Numbered from the stretch's first letter, positions 1-9,226 are shown. The stretch is DNA of 64,000 bases from an uncultured delta proteobacterium (GCA_963798485.1 CAWCTR010000007.1:256001-320000), one strand, 5' to 3'. Program-made: numbers and translations. Notes: a model not told the origin generated them from the letters alone.

Positions 1-131
1 CGGATCTATTCTTCCACTGCTTTTTTCAACAGAAATATCGCAGCTAAATGAGACTCGAATGAAAGAACAACGTATTCTCAGCTTGTTCTTATGAATAGAA
101 ACGCTTATGCTCCACAGCTTCCACTATTTCA

Positions 132-1160
132 ATGAGGAGGCCTATCATGAAAAAGATGCTGTTCATTGTCACATCGATTTTATTGTTCAGCCTGCCCCTA
201 TGGGCAAAAGATGCCTACCGCATCGAGGTGCTTCAGGTTTCAAAGATCAACCCGTTTGACTGGTCATACGAGGGGTTTGTCGAGGAGCTTGCGAAAAACG
301 GCCTTGTCAAGGGGCAGAACCTTGTCATCAACCGGCATATCATCGATGCAGATGCAGATGCAGGCATATGGAAGAAGGTCGGAATCCTGATGAAGATAAA
401 AGGCACCGCAGGCGATATCATTGCGACCAAGCCGGATCTTGTGCTGACCATCAGCACGCCGGCAACCGAGTACAGCAAGGACAAGTTCATCAACGCGGGT
501 ATACCGGTGGTATTCACCGGGGTTGCCATGCCTCAGGCCGTTGGATGCGCATCATTAACCAAATCCGGGCCGGGTTTTACCGGGGCATCGTTGTATCTCG
601 ATCCGACAAGCGCCTTCAAGATAACCAAACTGGCCTTTCCCAAGCTCACGAAAATGGGGATCGTTCACAGCGATGACGACAATGCCGTCGCCTTTGTAAA
701 AGAGGCCAAGGCAAAGGCTGCAGCCCTTGGGATTACGGTGATAAGCAAACAGGTGGGGAAATCGGATAACCCCACGGCAGCTACGGAAGAACTGATAAGC
801 CAGGGGGCCCAGGCCTTCGGCATACCCATAGATGCCTACTTCGCACTCAGGAACTACGAGCCCCTAATGGAGCTGTTCAAAGTAACAGACCAGAAGAATA
901 TACCTGTTATTAGTTTCTGCCATGTAGGGTTCCAGGGAGGTATTCTCTATGTGGGCTCCGAGTTCAAGAAGATCGGTGCACTTTCCGGTACCCAGGCGGT
1001 GAAGATCCTCAAGGAAGGCGCAAAGCCTGAGAATCTGCCGGTCTTGATCCAGGATGATCTTAAGATCCTCGTGGATCTGAAGGCAGCCAAGAAAATGGGG
1101 ATTGAGTTGCCTATGGGGATTCTGCAGATAGCCAAGACTGTTGAGTCTGAGAGGAAGTAA
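132..1160 (+). CDS. ABC transporter substrate-binding protein (ABC_sub_bind family)
   Basis: Signal peptide; 'KPDLVLTISTPA', 'IPVVFTGV', 'GAKPENLPV...AAKKMGIELP' typical of this family. Confidence 0.8.
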   Translation: MRRPIMKKMLFIVTSILLFSLPLWAKDAYRIEVLQVSKINPFDWSYEGFVEELAKNGLVKGQNLVINRHIIDADADAGIWKKVGILMKIKGTAGDIIATKPDLVLTISTPATEYSKDKFINAGIPVVFTGVAMPQAVGCASLTKSGPGFTGASLYLDPTSAFKITKLAFPKLTKMGIVHSDDDNAVAFVKEAKAKAAALGITVISKQVGKSDNPTAATEELISQGAQAFGIPIDAYFALRNYEPLMELFKVTDQKNIPVISFCHVGFQGGILYVGSEFKKIGALSGTQAVKILKEGAKPENLPVLIQDDLKILVDLKAAKKMGIELPMGILQIAKTVESERK

Positions 1161-1191
1161 TGTAATCAAGAAAAATTAATGAGGCCATAGG

Positions 1192-1239
1192 GGGGCGTTT
1201 CTCTTTTTCTCTCTAGAGTGCTCACCGGAGATACGCCCC
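1192..1239. terminator. Hairpin between convergent genes, possible bidirectional terminator
   Basis: ggggcgtttctc ... gagatacgcccc inverted repeat between two convergent stop codons. Confidence 0.4.
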
Positions 1240-1261
1240 TGAATTTCACCCAGGAACAGTT

Positions 1262-1813
1262 TCATACCCCAGGTTTCTCCTGCTTAGATGCAGGCGACAC
1301 ATTAATATCCACATGCAGGTGACGCCCCACCTCTTGCAGGGCAGCCTCCCAGTTTTGGCCGGGCAGGTCGGGTGGCACGACAACCAGGGCGGTCATGGAA
1401 AACAACGGGGCGCCACTGTTCGGCGCCTGGGTGGTCACCGTATCCATGGACTCAATATTGATGCCGCATTTTGAAAGGGTCTGCGCAATCTTATGAATGA
1501 TTCCTTCGTGATCTGCGCCAAGGACTTCAATCTTGTAGGGCAGCCATCCCGCATGGGCTTCAGCATAGGTCTGTTCCGTCCTGCTGGTTGTTACCTTGAA
1601 TCCCTGGCTTTTCAGGGTCTGTGTGCTTTTCCCCAGGTTGGCCAGTTGAGTTTCAGGTATGGAGACCAGCATCAAAACTGCAAACTCGCCTCCCAACCTG
1701 GCCATGCGGCTGGTTTCCACATTGCCGCCAAGGTCGAGCAGTAATTTCGTAATCTCTTCCACGAGCCCTGTTCGATCAGTACCGGTGAGGGTGAAAACGA
1801 TGTTTTTACGCAT
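1262..1813 (-). CDS. GcvR-like tandem ACT-domain regulator
   Basis: Two ACT repeats: 'TLTGTDRTGLVEEIT...GGNVETSRMARLGGEFA' and 'VLGADHEGIIHKIA...GINIESM'. Confidence 0.8.
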   Translation of the reverse strand: MRKNIVFTLTGTDRTGLVEEITKLLLDLGGNVETSRMARLGGEFAVLMLVSIPETQLANLGKSTQTLKSQGFKVTTSRTEQTYAEAHAGWLPYKIEVLGADHEGIIHKIAQTLSKCGINIESMDTVTTQAPNSGAPLFSMTALVVVPPDLPGQNWEAALQEVGRHLHVDINVSPASKQEKPGV

Positions 1814-1868
1814 AATAATTTGTGTCCTTTCACTTTGCGGGCATCAGGCCCACCCCAATGGGAAAGAT

Positions 1869-2288
1869 TTATTTCTTCGGCGGGCTTGCCATGGCGTCGC
1901 CCTCCAGGATCTTTACACCGTCCTGGTTGACGCACCAGGTCTTCAGTTTCACCCGGTTCTTTTCCGTGTTGATCTCGGCTACCTCCACGTGGGCGGTAAC
2001 CGTATCGCCGATATGCACAGGGCCTAAAAACTTCAGCTCCTGGCTGATGTAGATAGTGCCCGGACCGGGCAGCTGCATGCCGATGGTAGAGGATACAAAG
2101 CCTGCGGCGAGCATGCCGTGGGCGATGCGGGTCTTGAAGAAGGTGTTCTTGGCATAGGCCTCATTCACGTGGGCCGGGTTGAAATCGCCCACAATACCTG
2201 CGAAGAGGTAGATGTCCGTTTCGGAGACGGTCTTTGAAAATTCTGCAAAATCACCGATCTTCATTTCATGAATGGACTTACCCAGCAT
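1869..2288 (-). CDS. phaJ: MaoC-family (R)-specific enoyl-CoA hydratase (PhaJ-like)
   Basis: 'FAGIVGDFNPAH...RIAHGML...LPGPGTIYISQELKFLGPV' hydratase motif; lies in phaEC cluster. Confidence 0.8.
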   Translation of the reverse strand: MLGKSIHEMKIGDFAEFSKTVSETDIYLFAGIVGDFNPAHVNEAYAKNTFFKTRIAHGMLAAGFVSSTIGMQLPGPGTIYISQELKFLGPVHIGDTVTAHVEVAEINTEKNRVKLKTWCVNQDGVKILEGDAMASPPKK

Positions 2289-2372
2289 GTGTCATCCTCC
2301 TTTATATTTTCATGTCAGATCTAGGAAGGTTTTTCCTCGGCGCATCTCCTAATTCTTCTTAATAATCACAGC

Positions 2373-3425
2373 TTAAAACCACGACCGGTGGCTCCAGATG
2401 TCATCCTTAAGGCACTGCATGTCCTGCTTCAGCAGTAGGTACATGGATGCGTTCTGGATGGCCAGACCGCCCAGGCCGGCAACGGCTTCTGCCAGCATGA
2501 CCTCGCCCTCGGTGAAATCCCTTTCTTCTGCGGTATAGTACCTCATGACGCCGATGACCTCGTCCTTGGCCTTGATGGGCACCGTAAGGATGGAGGTGAT
2601 ACCCTCCTTTTTTTTCTCATCCTTGTACTGAACCTCTTTGTTGCTCGTGGCGTCGTTGATGATCACGGTCTTTCCCTTGAGCGCCTCGGTGACGCTCTTC
2701 TCGATCCTCACCGGGCCCTTGTTCAGATACTTCTTGCTCAGGCCGTAACTGGCTACAAGCTCAAGGACCTGCTTGTCCTTATCGATGAGCCGTACGGAAA
2801 CCGCTTTGACCTCAAGGGCATGGGCCATGTCCACGGACAGACGCTCCATGATTATTTTTATATCCAGACTCTCGTTGAGCCCCTGGGCTATGTTGGTAAA
2901 GATGCGGATGTTCCGTGTGATCTGCATGACGAGACGGGCCCGCTCAATGGCCATTCCGCCCTGTTCGGCAAGCGCGGTGAGGAAAAGGATCTCGTCTTCG
3001 GAAAAGATCCGGGGCTTGTCGGTATACAGGGTGAGCACGCCCTTTACCCTCTCCTTTACGATGACCGGCACTACCAGGATGGATGCGATCCCTTCCTTCT
3101 TTTTGAGTTCGTGGGTCTTCACCCTCGGGTCTTTTGTGGCATCGTGGATGGCGACATATCCCTTTTTCATGATTTCTTCGGAAGCCCGCTTGGCCTCCCT
3201 GGGCTCGGCGTGGAGATAGCTCTTTGAGAGTCCTTTCTGGGCTATGGGGACAAAGATATCACTTTCTTTCTGCTCGTCTTCGAAGAAGAGGCATGCCGCC
3301 TTGCCATCCATGGTGTCAATGGCGCTCTGCACAATGAGGTCCAGCAGCTTTTCCTTTTTCAGCGTGGTGCCCAACGCCCTGCTCACCTTGCAGAATGTCT
3401 TGAAGTAATCGCTTTTCTCAGACAT
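2373..3425 (-). CDS. Tandem GAF-domain protein with no output domain
   Basis: Two repeats of 'EGIxSILxVP...GVL/M..YT...R.F.E.E'; overlaps phaC stop by 8 nt. Confidence 0.8.
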   Translation of the reverse strand: MSEKSDYFKTFCKVSRALGTTLKKEKLLDLIVQSAIDTMDGKAACLFFEDEQKESDIFVPIAQKGLSKSYLHAEPREAKRASEEIMKKGYVAIHDATKDPRVKTHELKKKEGIASILVVPVIVKERVKGVLTLYTDKPRIFSEDEILFLTALAEQGGMAIERARLVMQITRNIRIFTNIAQGLNESLDIKIIMERLSVDMAHALEVKAVSVRLIDKDKQVLELVASYGLSKKYLNKGPVRIEKSVTEALKGKTVIINDATSNKEVQYKDEKKKEGITSILTVPIKAKDEVIGVMRYYTAEERDFTEGEVMLAEAVAGLGGLAIQNASMYLLLKQDMQCLKDDIWSHRSWF

Positions 3426-4626
3426 TTTCTATCTCCTTTGAGCGTGTGGTATTCTTTGTCCTGGTCGTCCACGAGGCCTTTGCAGCCTTTTTCGGCGTCT
3501 TGCGGACAGGCTGTTTTTTCACGGTCGTTTCTTTTTTCGGCATGTCTCTGTCCGTAAGCCACTGTACGATCTTTGGGGTGAATTCCCTCTGGGTCTTGGA
3601 GCTTACGTATATGCCGATGTGGCCTGTATCAAGGCAGAGATCTTCCTTGTCCGTGCCCCCTACTGCGCCGGTGAGCTTGTCTGCAGCCCCGGGCGGCACG
3701 AGGTGGTCGTATTGGCCGTAGATATTGAGGAGCGGCATGGTTATCTTTTTGAGGTCTACGCGCTTGTCTCCCACTACCAGCTGGCTCTTTATAAGGAGGT
3801 TCTTCTGGTAGCAGTCCTTCACGAACTGCCGGAAGGTCTCGCCCGGCACATCCGGGCTGTCAAAGATCCACTTCTCCATGCGGATGAAGTTCTCCACAAA
3901 GACCTTGTTGTCCATGTTCTCCATAAAACCCACATACTTGTCGATCATGAGGCGCGCCGGGTTCAGCAGGAGGAAACCGAAGTTCATGATGTCACCAGGC
4001 ATGTTGCCGAAGGAATCGATCATCAGGTCCACATCCACGTTTTTCATCCAGATGTGCAGCAGTCCCTGGTCGGTGTCAAAGTTGGTGGGCGATACCGTGG
4101 TCACAAGGTTTCTGACCTTCTCGGGGTGAAGGGCCGAATAGATCACACAAAAGGTACCCCCCATGCAGATGCCCATGAGATTAACCTTGTCCGCCTTGCA
4201 CCTGACCCTTATGTGGTCCACAATGTCGTCCATGTAACCGTTCACGTGGTCGTCTATGGTAAGGAACTTATCCTTCCTGGAGGGATACCCCCAGTCGATC
4301 ATGTACAGGTCGATACCGGCCTGAAGAAAGTTCTTCACCACGCTGCGCTCTGGCTGGAGATCGAGCATGGTCTCACGGTTTATAAGGGCATAGACTACCA
4401 GCAGCGGGGTGGTGATCTCTTTTGACGGCTCGCGCATGGGCAGGTAATGCTTCAGCTTGACACGGTCCTGCTGGTAGATCACCTCGTACGGGGTGGTGGC
4501 TATTGCTGTTTCCAAAGGACCCAGCAGCACCTCGGAGGCCTTTTGGGCACGGTCCTGGACCTTGTCCGCATCCTCGGCAAGGTGCTTCAGGATTATGTCG
4601 ACCGGGATCTTTGGTTTTTCCTCCAT
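3418..4626 (-). CDS. phaC: Class III poly(hydroxyalkanoate) synthase subunit PhaC
   Basis: Lipase box 'GICMGG', 'VVYALIN', 'IDWGYP', 'MEKWIFDSPD', 'YDHLVPP', 'GHIG'. Confidence 0.93.
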   Translation of the reverse strand: MEEKPKIPVDIILKHLAEDADKVQDRAQKASEVLLGPLETAIATTPYEVIYQQDRVKLKHYLPMREPSKEITTPLLVVYALINRETMLDLQPERSVVKNFLQAGIDLYMIDWGYPSRKDKFLTIDDHVNGYMDDIVDHIRVRCKADKVNLMGICMGGTFCVIYSALHPEKVRNLVTTVSPTNFDTDQGLLHIWMKNVDVDLMIDSFGNMPGDIMNFGFLLLNPARLMIDKYVGFMENMDNKVFVENFIRMEKWIFDSPDVPGETFRQFVKDCYQKNLLIKSQLVVGDKRVDLKKITMPLLNIYGQYDHLVPPGAADKLTGAVGGTDKEDLCLDTGHIGIYVSSKTQREFTPKIVQWLTDRDMPKKETTVKKQPVRKTPKKAAKASWTTRTKNTTRSKEIENV

Positions 4627-4629
4627 AGT

Positions 4630-5412
4630 TTAGCCTCCGGATGCAGCCGACTTCTTGAGGTCCTTGTTCACCTTTTCCAGGTCCTTCACCCGTTTTTTGA
4701 GGTGATAGAGCTCGTCGTACAACTCGTCGAGGTCCTTGTTCGTGGGTATGGGCAATGACTGCAGGGCATCCGTAACGATCTGATTGCGGGCGCTCAGGTA
4801 GCCCTCATAGGAGCTCAGGGTATCGTTTAAGGTCTTGGTGTACTCGGACGTTTTGAACAGGGTCATGTAGTGGCCTTCGAGGATCTTCACCCATAATCGG
4901 TAGTACTCGTGGGGGTCTTCGGGGGTTTTGCCTTCCCGAATCTGTTCCTCGATCTTATCATGCAAAACCATGAATGCCTTCTCCATGGGGAGCATCAGGA
5001 CATGCATGAATTCGGCAAAGGCGGTGGAAAAGACATTGAACTTGTCAATGGTCTGGTAAAACCTTTCCTGATAAAAGCGCACCAGGCCGAGCTGGGGGAC
5101 CTTGAGGTACTGGCGTATCTCCTTGTCATAGAAGTCGGACCATACCTTGATGCTGTCCTGGTCCAAGTTTTCGAACCTATAGGCCTCGGTGCGTTTTCCA
5201 AGGTCCTTGAGTTTGTCTGCGGTCTGTTCATGGATCTTCAAAAAGCTCGACATGCCTGTCTGGAAGAATTTTGTCATGATGTCCGGCAGCGTTGCAAATC
5301 CACTTGCCAGGGCGCCTGCTGCGGACGGCTCGCTCATGGCGGAAGACAGGGTGCCCCAGGTTTTGATAATGGAGAGCAGGGCATCATTGGTATTCGATTG
5401 TTTCTCATCCAT
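4630..5412 (-). CDS. phaE: Class III PHA synthase subunit PhaE
   Basis: 'PQLGLVRFYQER', 'YRLWVKILE', 'LPIPTNKDLDELYDELYHLKKRV'; directly upstream of phaC. Confidence 0.88.
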   Translation of the reverse strand: MDEKQSNTNDALLSIIKTWGTLSSAMSEPSAAGALASGFATLPDIMTKFFQTGMSSFLKIHEQTADKLKDLGKRTEAYRFENLDQDSIKVWSDFYDKEIRQYLKVPQLGLVRFYQERFYQTIDKFNVFSTAFAEFMHVLMLPMEKAFMVLHDKIEEQIREGKTPEDPHEYYRLWVKILEGHYMTLFKTSEYTKTLNDTLSSYEGYLSARNQIVTDALQSLPIPTNKDLDELYDELYHLKKRVKDLEKVNKDLKKSAASGG

Positions 5413-5572
5413 AGTTCACCTCAAATCCGCTGCACTTCTGCCAGGGTTGAATCGATCATCCCAAAGGAGCGCTACTCCCTAGTACTACTTAGTAAGGTCA
5501 CAAAGGATTTTGTCAATGGAGATCTCTTTACCAAGGGATGGTAACATCAGGCCGTTGCAGGGGAATTGAGCC

Positions 5573-5601
5573 TTGACAAACAAAGGCCTCTTGCATATAA
5601 G
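5573..5601 (+). promoter_or_regulatory. sigma70 promoter of tRNA-Gly
   Basis: TTGACA (5573-5578), 17 bp, TATAAG (5596-5601), 10 nt before the tRNA. Confidence 0.75.
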
Positions 5602-5611
5602 TGGCGATGTC

Positions 5612-5686
5612 GCGGGAATAACTCAGTGGTAGAGTGTAACCTTGCCAAGGTTAAAGTCGCGGGTTCGAATCCCGTTTCCCGCTCCA
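5612..5686 (+). tRNA. tRNA-Gly (GCC)
   Basis: GCGGGAA acceptor stem / TTCCCGC-T-CCA, anticodon loop cttGCCaag, T-loop GTTCGAATC. Confidence 0.97.
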
Positions 5687-5710
5687 GCCTTTTTTCTTAA
5701 TCTCATCCCC

Positions 5711-5741
5711 CATCACTTCGGTTAATGAAGTGGTGTTTTTT
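5711..5741 (+). terminator. Intrinsic terminator after tRNA-Gly
   Basis: catcacttc...gaagtggtg hairpin followed by T-tract. Confidence 0.7.
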
Positions 5742-5790
5742 CTTTTTGGGCTGATACCCAAATGTGGTTTTGAGCATATGAAACGAATAG

Positions 5791-5888
5791 AGATTCTTCA
5801 CTTCGTTCAGAATGACAGTAAAATGATAAGTTAGGTTGTCATCCTGAGCCGAAGCCCTGAGCGAAGTGAAGGGGCAGCGAAGGATCTA
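5791..5888. repeat. Inverted pair of REP-like palindromes (agattcttc...tcagaatgaca / tgtcatcctgag...gaaggatct)
   Basis: Two imperfect palindromic units in inverted orientation; related unit agatttctccctgcggtcgaaatgaca at about 12760-12785. Confidence 0.6.
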
Positions 5889-5937
5889 TAAAACCAATGA
5901 GCATTTGGGCAACAGCCCGTTTTCAGAATACACATCA

Positions 5938-5975
5938 CCCCTCCCCTTCAAGGGGAGGTTTGGGTGGGGATGGGG
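5938..5975. repeat. REP-like palindrome (ccctccccttcaaggggagg...gggtgggg)
   Basis: ctcccctt/aaggggag hairpin with G-rich tail, a common extragenic palindrome type. Confidence 0.5.
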
Positions 5976-5982
5976 TTATCGG

Positions 5983-6186
5983 ATTATTGTCCCTTTCTTT
6001 TGGCGCCAAAAGAAAGGGACGAAAGAAAAGGCGCCCCGTGAACCCGCCCTTCGGGTCCGTTCGCTCGCTTGGAAAATCCGGGCCGCGGCTGAACTCGCTC
6101 CGTTTCACTCCGCTCAGACAGACGCCGCTGTTCCCCCGGATTTTCCCGCACTCGCTCACCGGGTTCAAGGGGACGAACAAAAACCC
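5983..6186 (+). repeat. Left copy of ~200-bp structured repeat (inverted relative to 12812-13015)
   Basis: Aligns base by base with reverse complement of 12812-13015 with about ten differences. Confidence 0.92.
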
Positions 6187-6349
6187 TGCATGAGCATCAC
6201 TTGCGAGCCGGACAATCAAGCCTCAGGGAAAAAACCTTTTAAGATTCTTTCCTTGATCAAATCCAGCCAATGAAGTAAGCTGTAATATGTGAAGTGCTAT
6301 AGGTTTCAGAGACATATCGTCTTCAGAATTTTCTGCAGTTTATCTGTAT

Positions 6350-6405
6350 TATGCCCTTATACAGAATTCTGCATTATCAATAATTCTGTATAGTAATTGT
6401 TGGGC
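6350..6405 (+). other. Putative attI-like site / first cassette core site
   Basis: GTTGGGC (6399-6405) is the exact complement of the cassette's R'' GCCCAAC (6897-6903); AT-rich upstream with inverted repeat TATACAGAATT (6358-6368)/AATTCTGTATA (6382-6392); no attC arms upstream. Confidence 0.55.
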
Positions 6406-6430
6406 CTTTATCAAGGAGGAGATAGCATCT

Positions 6431-6889
6431 ATGGATCTCAATCTAAGCTGGCACAAACATCTACCATTAACGGATGACTCAGAGAACAACGGCGTCTACA
6501 CAGTTGATCTCTCTCGTATTCCAAACTCCGCAGGTATCTATATGTTCTTTCGGGTCCACGGGGATTCGGCCAAGTGCCTCTATGTCGGAAAGGCAACAAA
6601 CCTGAAGGCCCGGATCAAGACGCAACTGAATAATTCGAAGCTAATGCAAGGCATCAAGAACTCGGCCACGGGAGCGCGGAGGTTGATATTCGGGGAGTTC
6701 ATCGCAAAACCCGGCCAACAAGAAGAGAGAAGTTTGTTGGCTATGGAACGCACACTGATTAGACACTACCTTTCGCTGGGTGAACAGTTGTTGAATATCA
6801 AAGGCACACGGATGGTAAAGAACTCAGTCACTTCTGACCGTCCAGAACTGAAGAGTTTCATCCCTCATGTGATTTACTTCGAGGAGTGA
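6431..6889 (+). CDS. GIY-YIG nuclease-family protein (integron gene cassette 1)
   Basis: 'IPNSAGIYMF...LYVGKATNLKARI...ERTLI...LNIKG' UvrC-N-like GIY-YIG motif; RBS AGGAGG; bounded by core site and attC. Confidence 0.8.
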   Translation: MDLNLSWHKHLPLTDDSENNGVYTVDLSRIPNSAGIYMFFRVHGDSAKCLYVGKATNLKARIKTQLNNSKLMQGIKNSATGARRLIFGEFIAKPGQQEERSLLAMERTLIRHYLSLGEQLLNIKGTRMVKNSVTSDRPELKSFIPHVIYFEE

Positions 6890-6896
6890 GTGCATG

Positions 6897-6991
6897 GCCC
6901 AACAAGGCGCTCCAGGCGGACCCCTGGGGCCGTCAGTCCTTGCAAAGTTTTCCGTTCACCTGCCCCAGGGGCCGCTGAGCTTGGCCGTTAT
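6897..6991 (+). other. attC site of cassette 1 (R' interrupted by group II intron after GTTAT)
   Basis: R'' GCCCAAC; arms ctcCagGcggAcccctggggc (6910-6930) / gccccaggggccgctgag (6962-6979) with extrahelical bases; R' GTT at 6987. Confidence 0.88.
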
Positions 6992-7635
6992 TCGCGATGC
7001 GAAGTTGCATAATCGAATGTGATTACAGGAGGATAGAGAAACTGGAAATCACCTGGTGTGTCTCCGCCAGTACCCTAGGACGGCATGCGTGCTGTGCGTT
7101 GTGCAGCGGGTGTGAAGCCCGTCCGACAATGTACCGAACCGGGAGGAAGCCGTGAGGTGGAATCCCATCCGAGAATCCCGCTCGGTTAAGGGCTAGGGTC
7201 AGGGCAATATGGCGAGAACAGGCAAAGGATTTCACGCGCCGTCAGACGAGCAACGGACCTACAGGGATTAAGAGGTCTAAGACGTGCTTCTCATGTGTTT
7301 GCACGTGTGGGGAGGTTGCAGGTTGCTAACGTACCTGCACGGGTCCTAATAAGCCACCGGCGTTCAAGTCCCGCCTACGTTGTCCACAATGGTCGATTAT
7401 GCAGAACGCAGTAACCCCACCCCTTCGCCCGGTGCAAGACCTGGCAGGCATTACCGTAAGGCGTGCTGTCGGAGCGGTGGGAAAGAGAGGTCGGAAGAAG
7501 CAAATGCCGCAGGTAACGCTACGGATAGGGCATGAGACATGGCCCGACGCGAAAACCGGGAGCATCAGCCCCGGTGAGAGCGTGCAGACGTCCGACCGGT
7601 GTCTTGGTGCGAGAGAACTTGGAGAACCTTTGGAG

Positions 7636-9135
7636 ATGGGAAGGCAAAAGACGGCTGATAAGGCTGGTGCACTCATCGCTGACGCGCAGAAGTGGAAATC
7701 CATTGACTGGAGAGACTTAAGGCGTCAGGTCAGAAGGCTGCAGGTACGTATCGCACAGGCTGTGAAGGAAACCAGGTGGAACAAGGTAAAGGTGCTTCAG
7801 TATCTGTTAACCCGCTCGTTATACGCCAAGCTGATGGCTGTGAAACGGGCGACCTCCAACAAGGGGAAGAATACCCCTGGCGTTGACGGCGTCTTGTGGC
7901 GAAGCGCCCGAGCCAAATGGCGGGCTGCGTGCAGCCTGCGCAGACGTGGCTACAAGCCTCAGCCGCTCAGGCGGATTTATATCCCGAAGAAGAATGGGAA
8001 GAGGAGACCTCTATCGATCCCAACCATGCAGGATCGGGCAATGCAGGCACTGTATAAACTGGCACTGGCCCCGGTAGCGGAAACAACTGCCGACAGAAAT
8101 TCCTACGGCTTCCGTGAAGGACGGTCGTGTGCCGATGCAGTAGCAGCAGCATTCAATGCCCTGTCCAAGCCGAACTCGGCAACCTGGGTGATGGAGGGAG
8201 ACATCGAAGGATGTTACGACAACATCTCCCATGACTGGATTCTCAGAAACATTCCGATGGATAAGACCGTGCTGCACAAGTGGCTGAAGGCAGGGTACGT
8301 GGAAGACAACAAAACGTATCCGACCCGCAGAGGAACACCGCAAGGAGGGATAATCAGCCCGACCATTGCAAACATGACGCTCGACGGTCTGGAGGAGGTC
8401 ATCCAACGTGCAGTCCCCCGTCGAAGCCGAGTCAACTTCATCCGCTATGCCGATGACTTCATCATAACAGGCAAATCAAAACGTCTGTTGGAAGAAGACA
8501 TCAAGCCTGCGGTGGAGATGTTTCTTGCGGAACGCGGTCTATCCTTATCACCAGCCAAGACTGCGATCACCTACATCAAGAACGGGTTTACGTTCCTCGG
8601 GCAAACTTTCCGAAAGCATGGACGGGTGCTGCACATCACTCCGGCAAAAGAGGGAGTCCTCGCCCTCGTACGGAAGTTGGGAACGATTATCCGCAAACAC
8701 GTCAGCGCGCCGATGCCGGTCCTGATCAAGGAGTTGAATCAGACACTCCGAGGCTGGGCCAATTACCACCGCCACGTGGTAGCGTCGGATGCCTTCTGTC
8801 GCATCGACACCTATGTCTTCGAACAGTTGTGGCGTATGGTGCACAGGCGTCATCAGAGCAAGCCCGTGAAATGGCTGATCAAGGAATACTGGACAGCCTC
8901 GGGTCTAAAACATATATTTGCAGTACGCTCGAAAGATGCCAAAGGTCGAGTAAAAGTATATCAGGTTCTCAGAGTATGCACCATAGGCATTCGAAGGCAT
9001 AGGAAGATCAAAGCAGACGCGAACCCTTACTTGCCGGAATACGCTGCTTACTACTGGCAGCGCAGGCATGAAAAGGAAAGCAAACTGCTTGCGGCCCTCT
9101 CTGCTCGACAGATTCGAGCGATGAAGGCCGCTTAG
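7636..9135 (+). CDS. ltrA: Group II intron reverse transcriptase/maturase (CL-like, no HNH endonuclease)
   Basis: RVT_N 'WKSIDW...VRRLQVRIAQA', 'TPGVDG', 'GTPQGGIISP', 'RYADDF'; ORF-track start 7399 lies inside ribozyme domains so a later start is used. Confidence 0.93.
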   Translation: MGRQKTADKAGALIADAQKWKSIDWRDLRRQVRRLQVRIAQAVKETRWNKVKVLQYLLTRSLYAKLMAVKRATSNKGKNTPGVDGVLWRSARAKWRAACSLRRRGYKPQPLRRIYIPKKNGKRRPLSIPTMQDRAMQALYKLALAPVAETTADRNSYGFREGRSCADAVAAAFNALSKPNSATWVMEGDIEGCYDNISHDWILRNIPMDKTVLHKWLKAGYVEDNKTYPTRRGTPQGGIISPTIANMTLDGLEEVIQRAVPRRSRVNFIRYADDFIITGKSKRLLEEDIKPAVEMFLAERGLSLSPAKTAITYIKNGFTFLGQTFRKHGRVLHITPAKEGVLALVRKLGTIIRKHVSAPMPVLIKELNQTLRGWANYHRHVVASDAFCRIDTYVFEQLWRMVHRRHQSKPVKWLIKEYWTASGLKHIFAVRSKDAKGRVKVYQVLRVCTIGIRRHRKIKADANPYLPEYAAYYWQRRHEKESKLLAALSARQIRAMKAA

Positions 9136-9226
9136 GAGGTATCACAGTCGGGCCGCTCCACAGGAGCTGCCTTCAAAGATGCTTGAGCCGTATGATGGGA
9201 AACTATCACGTACGGTTCTGAGGGGG

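Noticed and set aside
5866-6273. ORFs 5866-6273, 5897-6193, 5935-6219 and 12748-12960
   Set aside because: They translate palindromic repeat DNA; not protein-like
6190-6350. Possible intI remnant on minus strand ('TYSTSHITAYFIGWI')
   Set aside because: Only faint resemblance to the IntI N-terminus, with stops; not supportable without BLASTX
7513-7518. GTAACG loop as EBS1 (would pair CGTTAT fully)
   Set aside because: Lies after domain I closes (7393-7403), in the domain III position where GTAA loops are common
7399-7635. N-terminal 79 aa of the ORF-track RT
   Set aside because: Overlaps ribozyme domains I-III; unlikely to be translated
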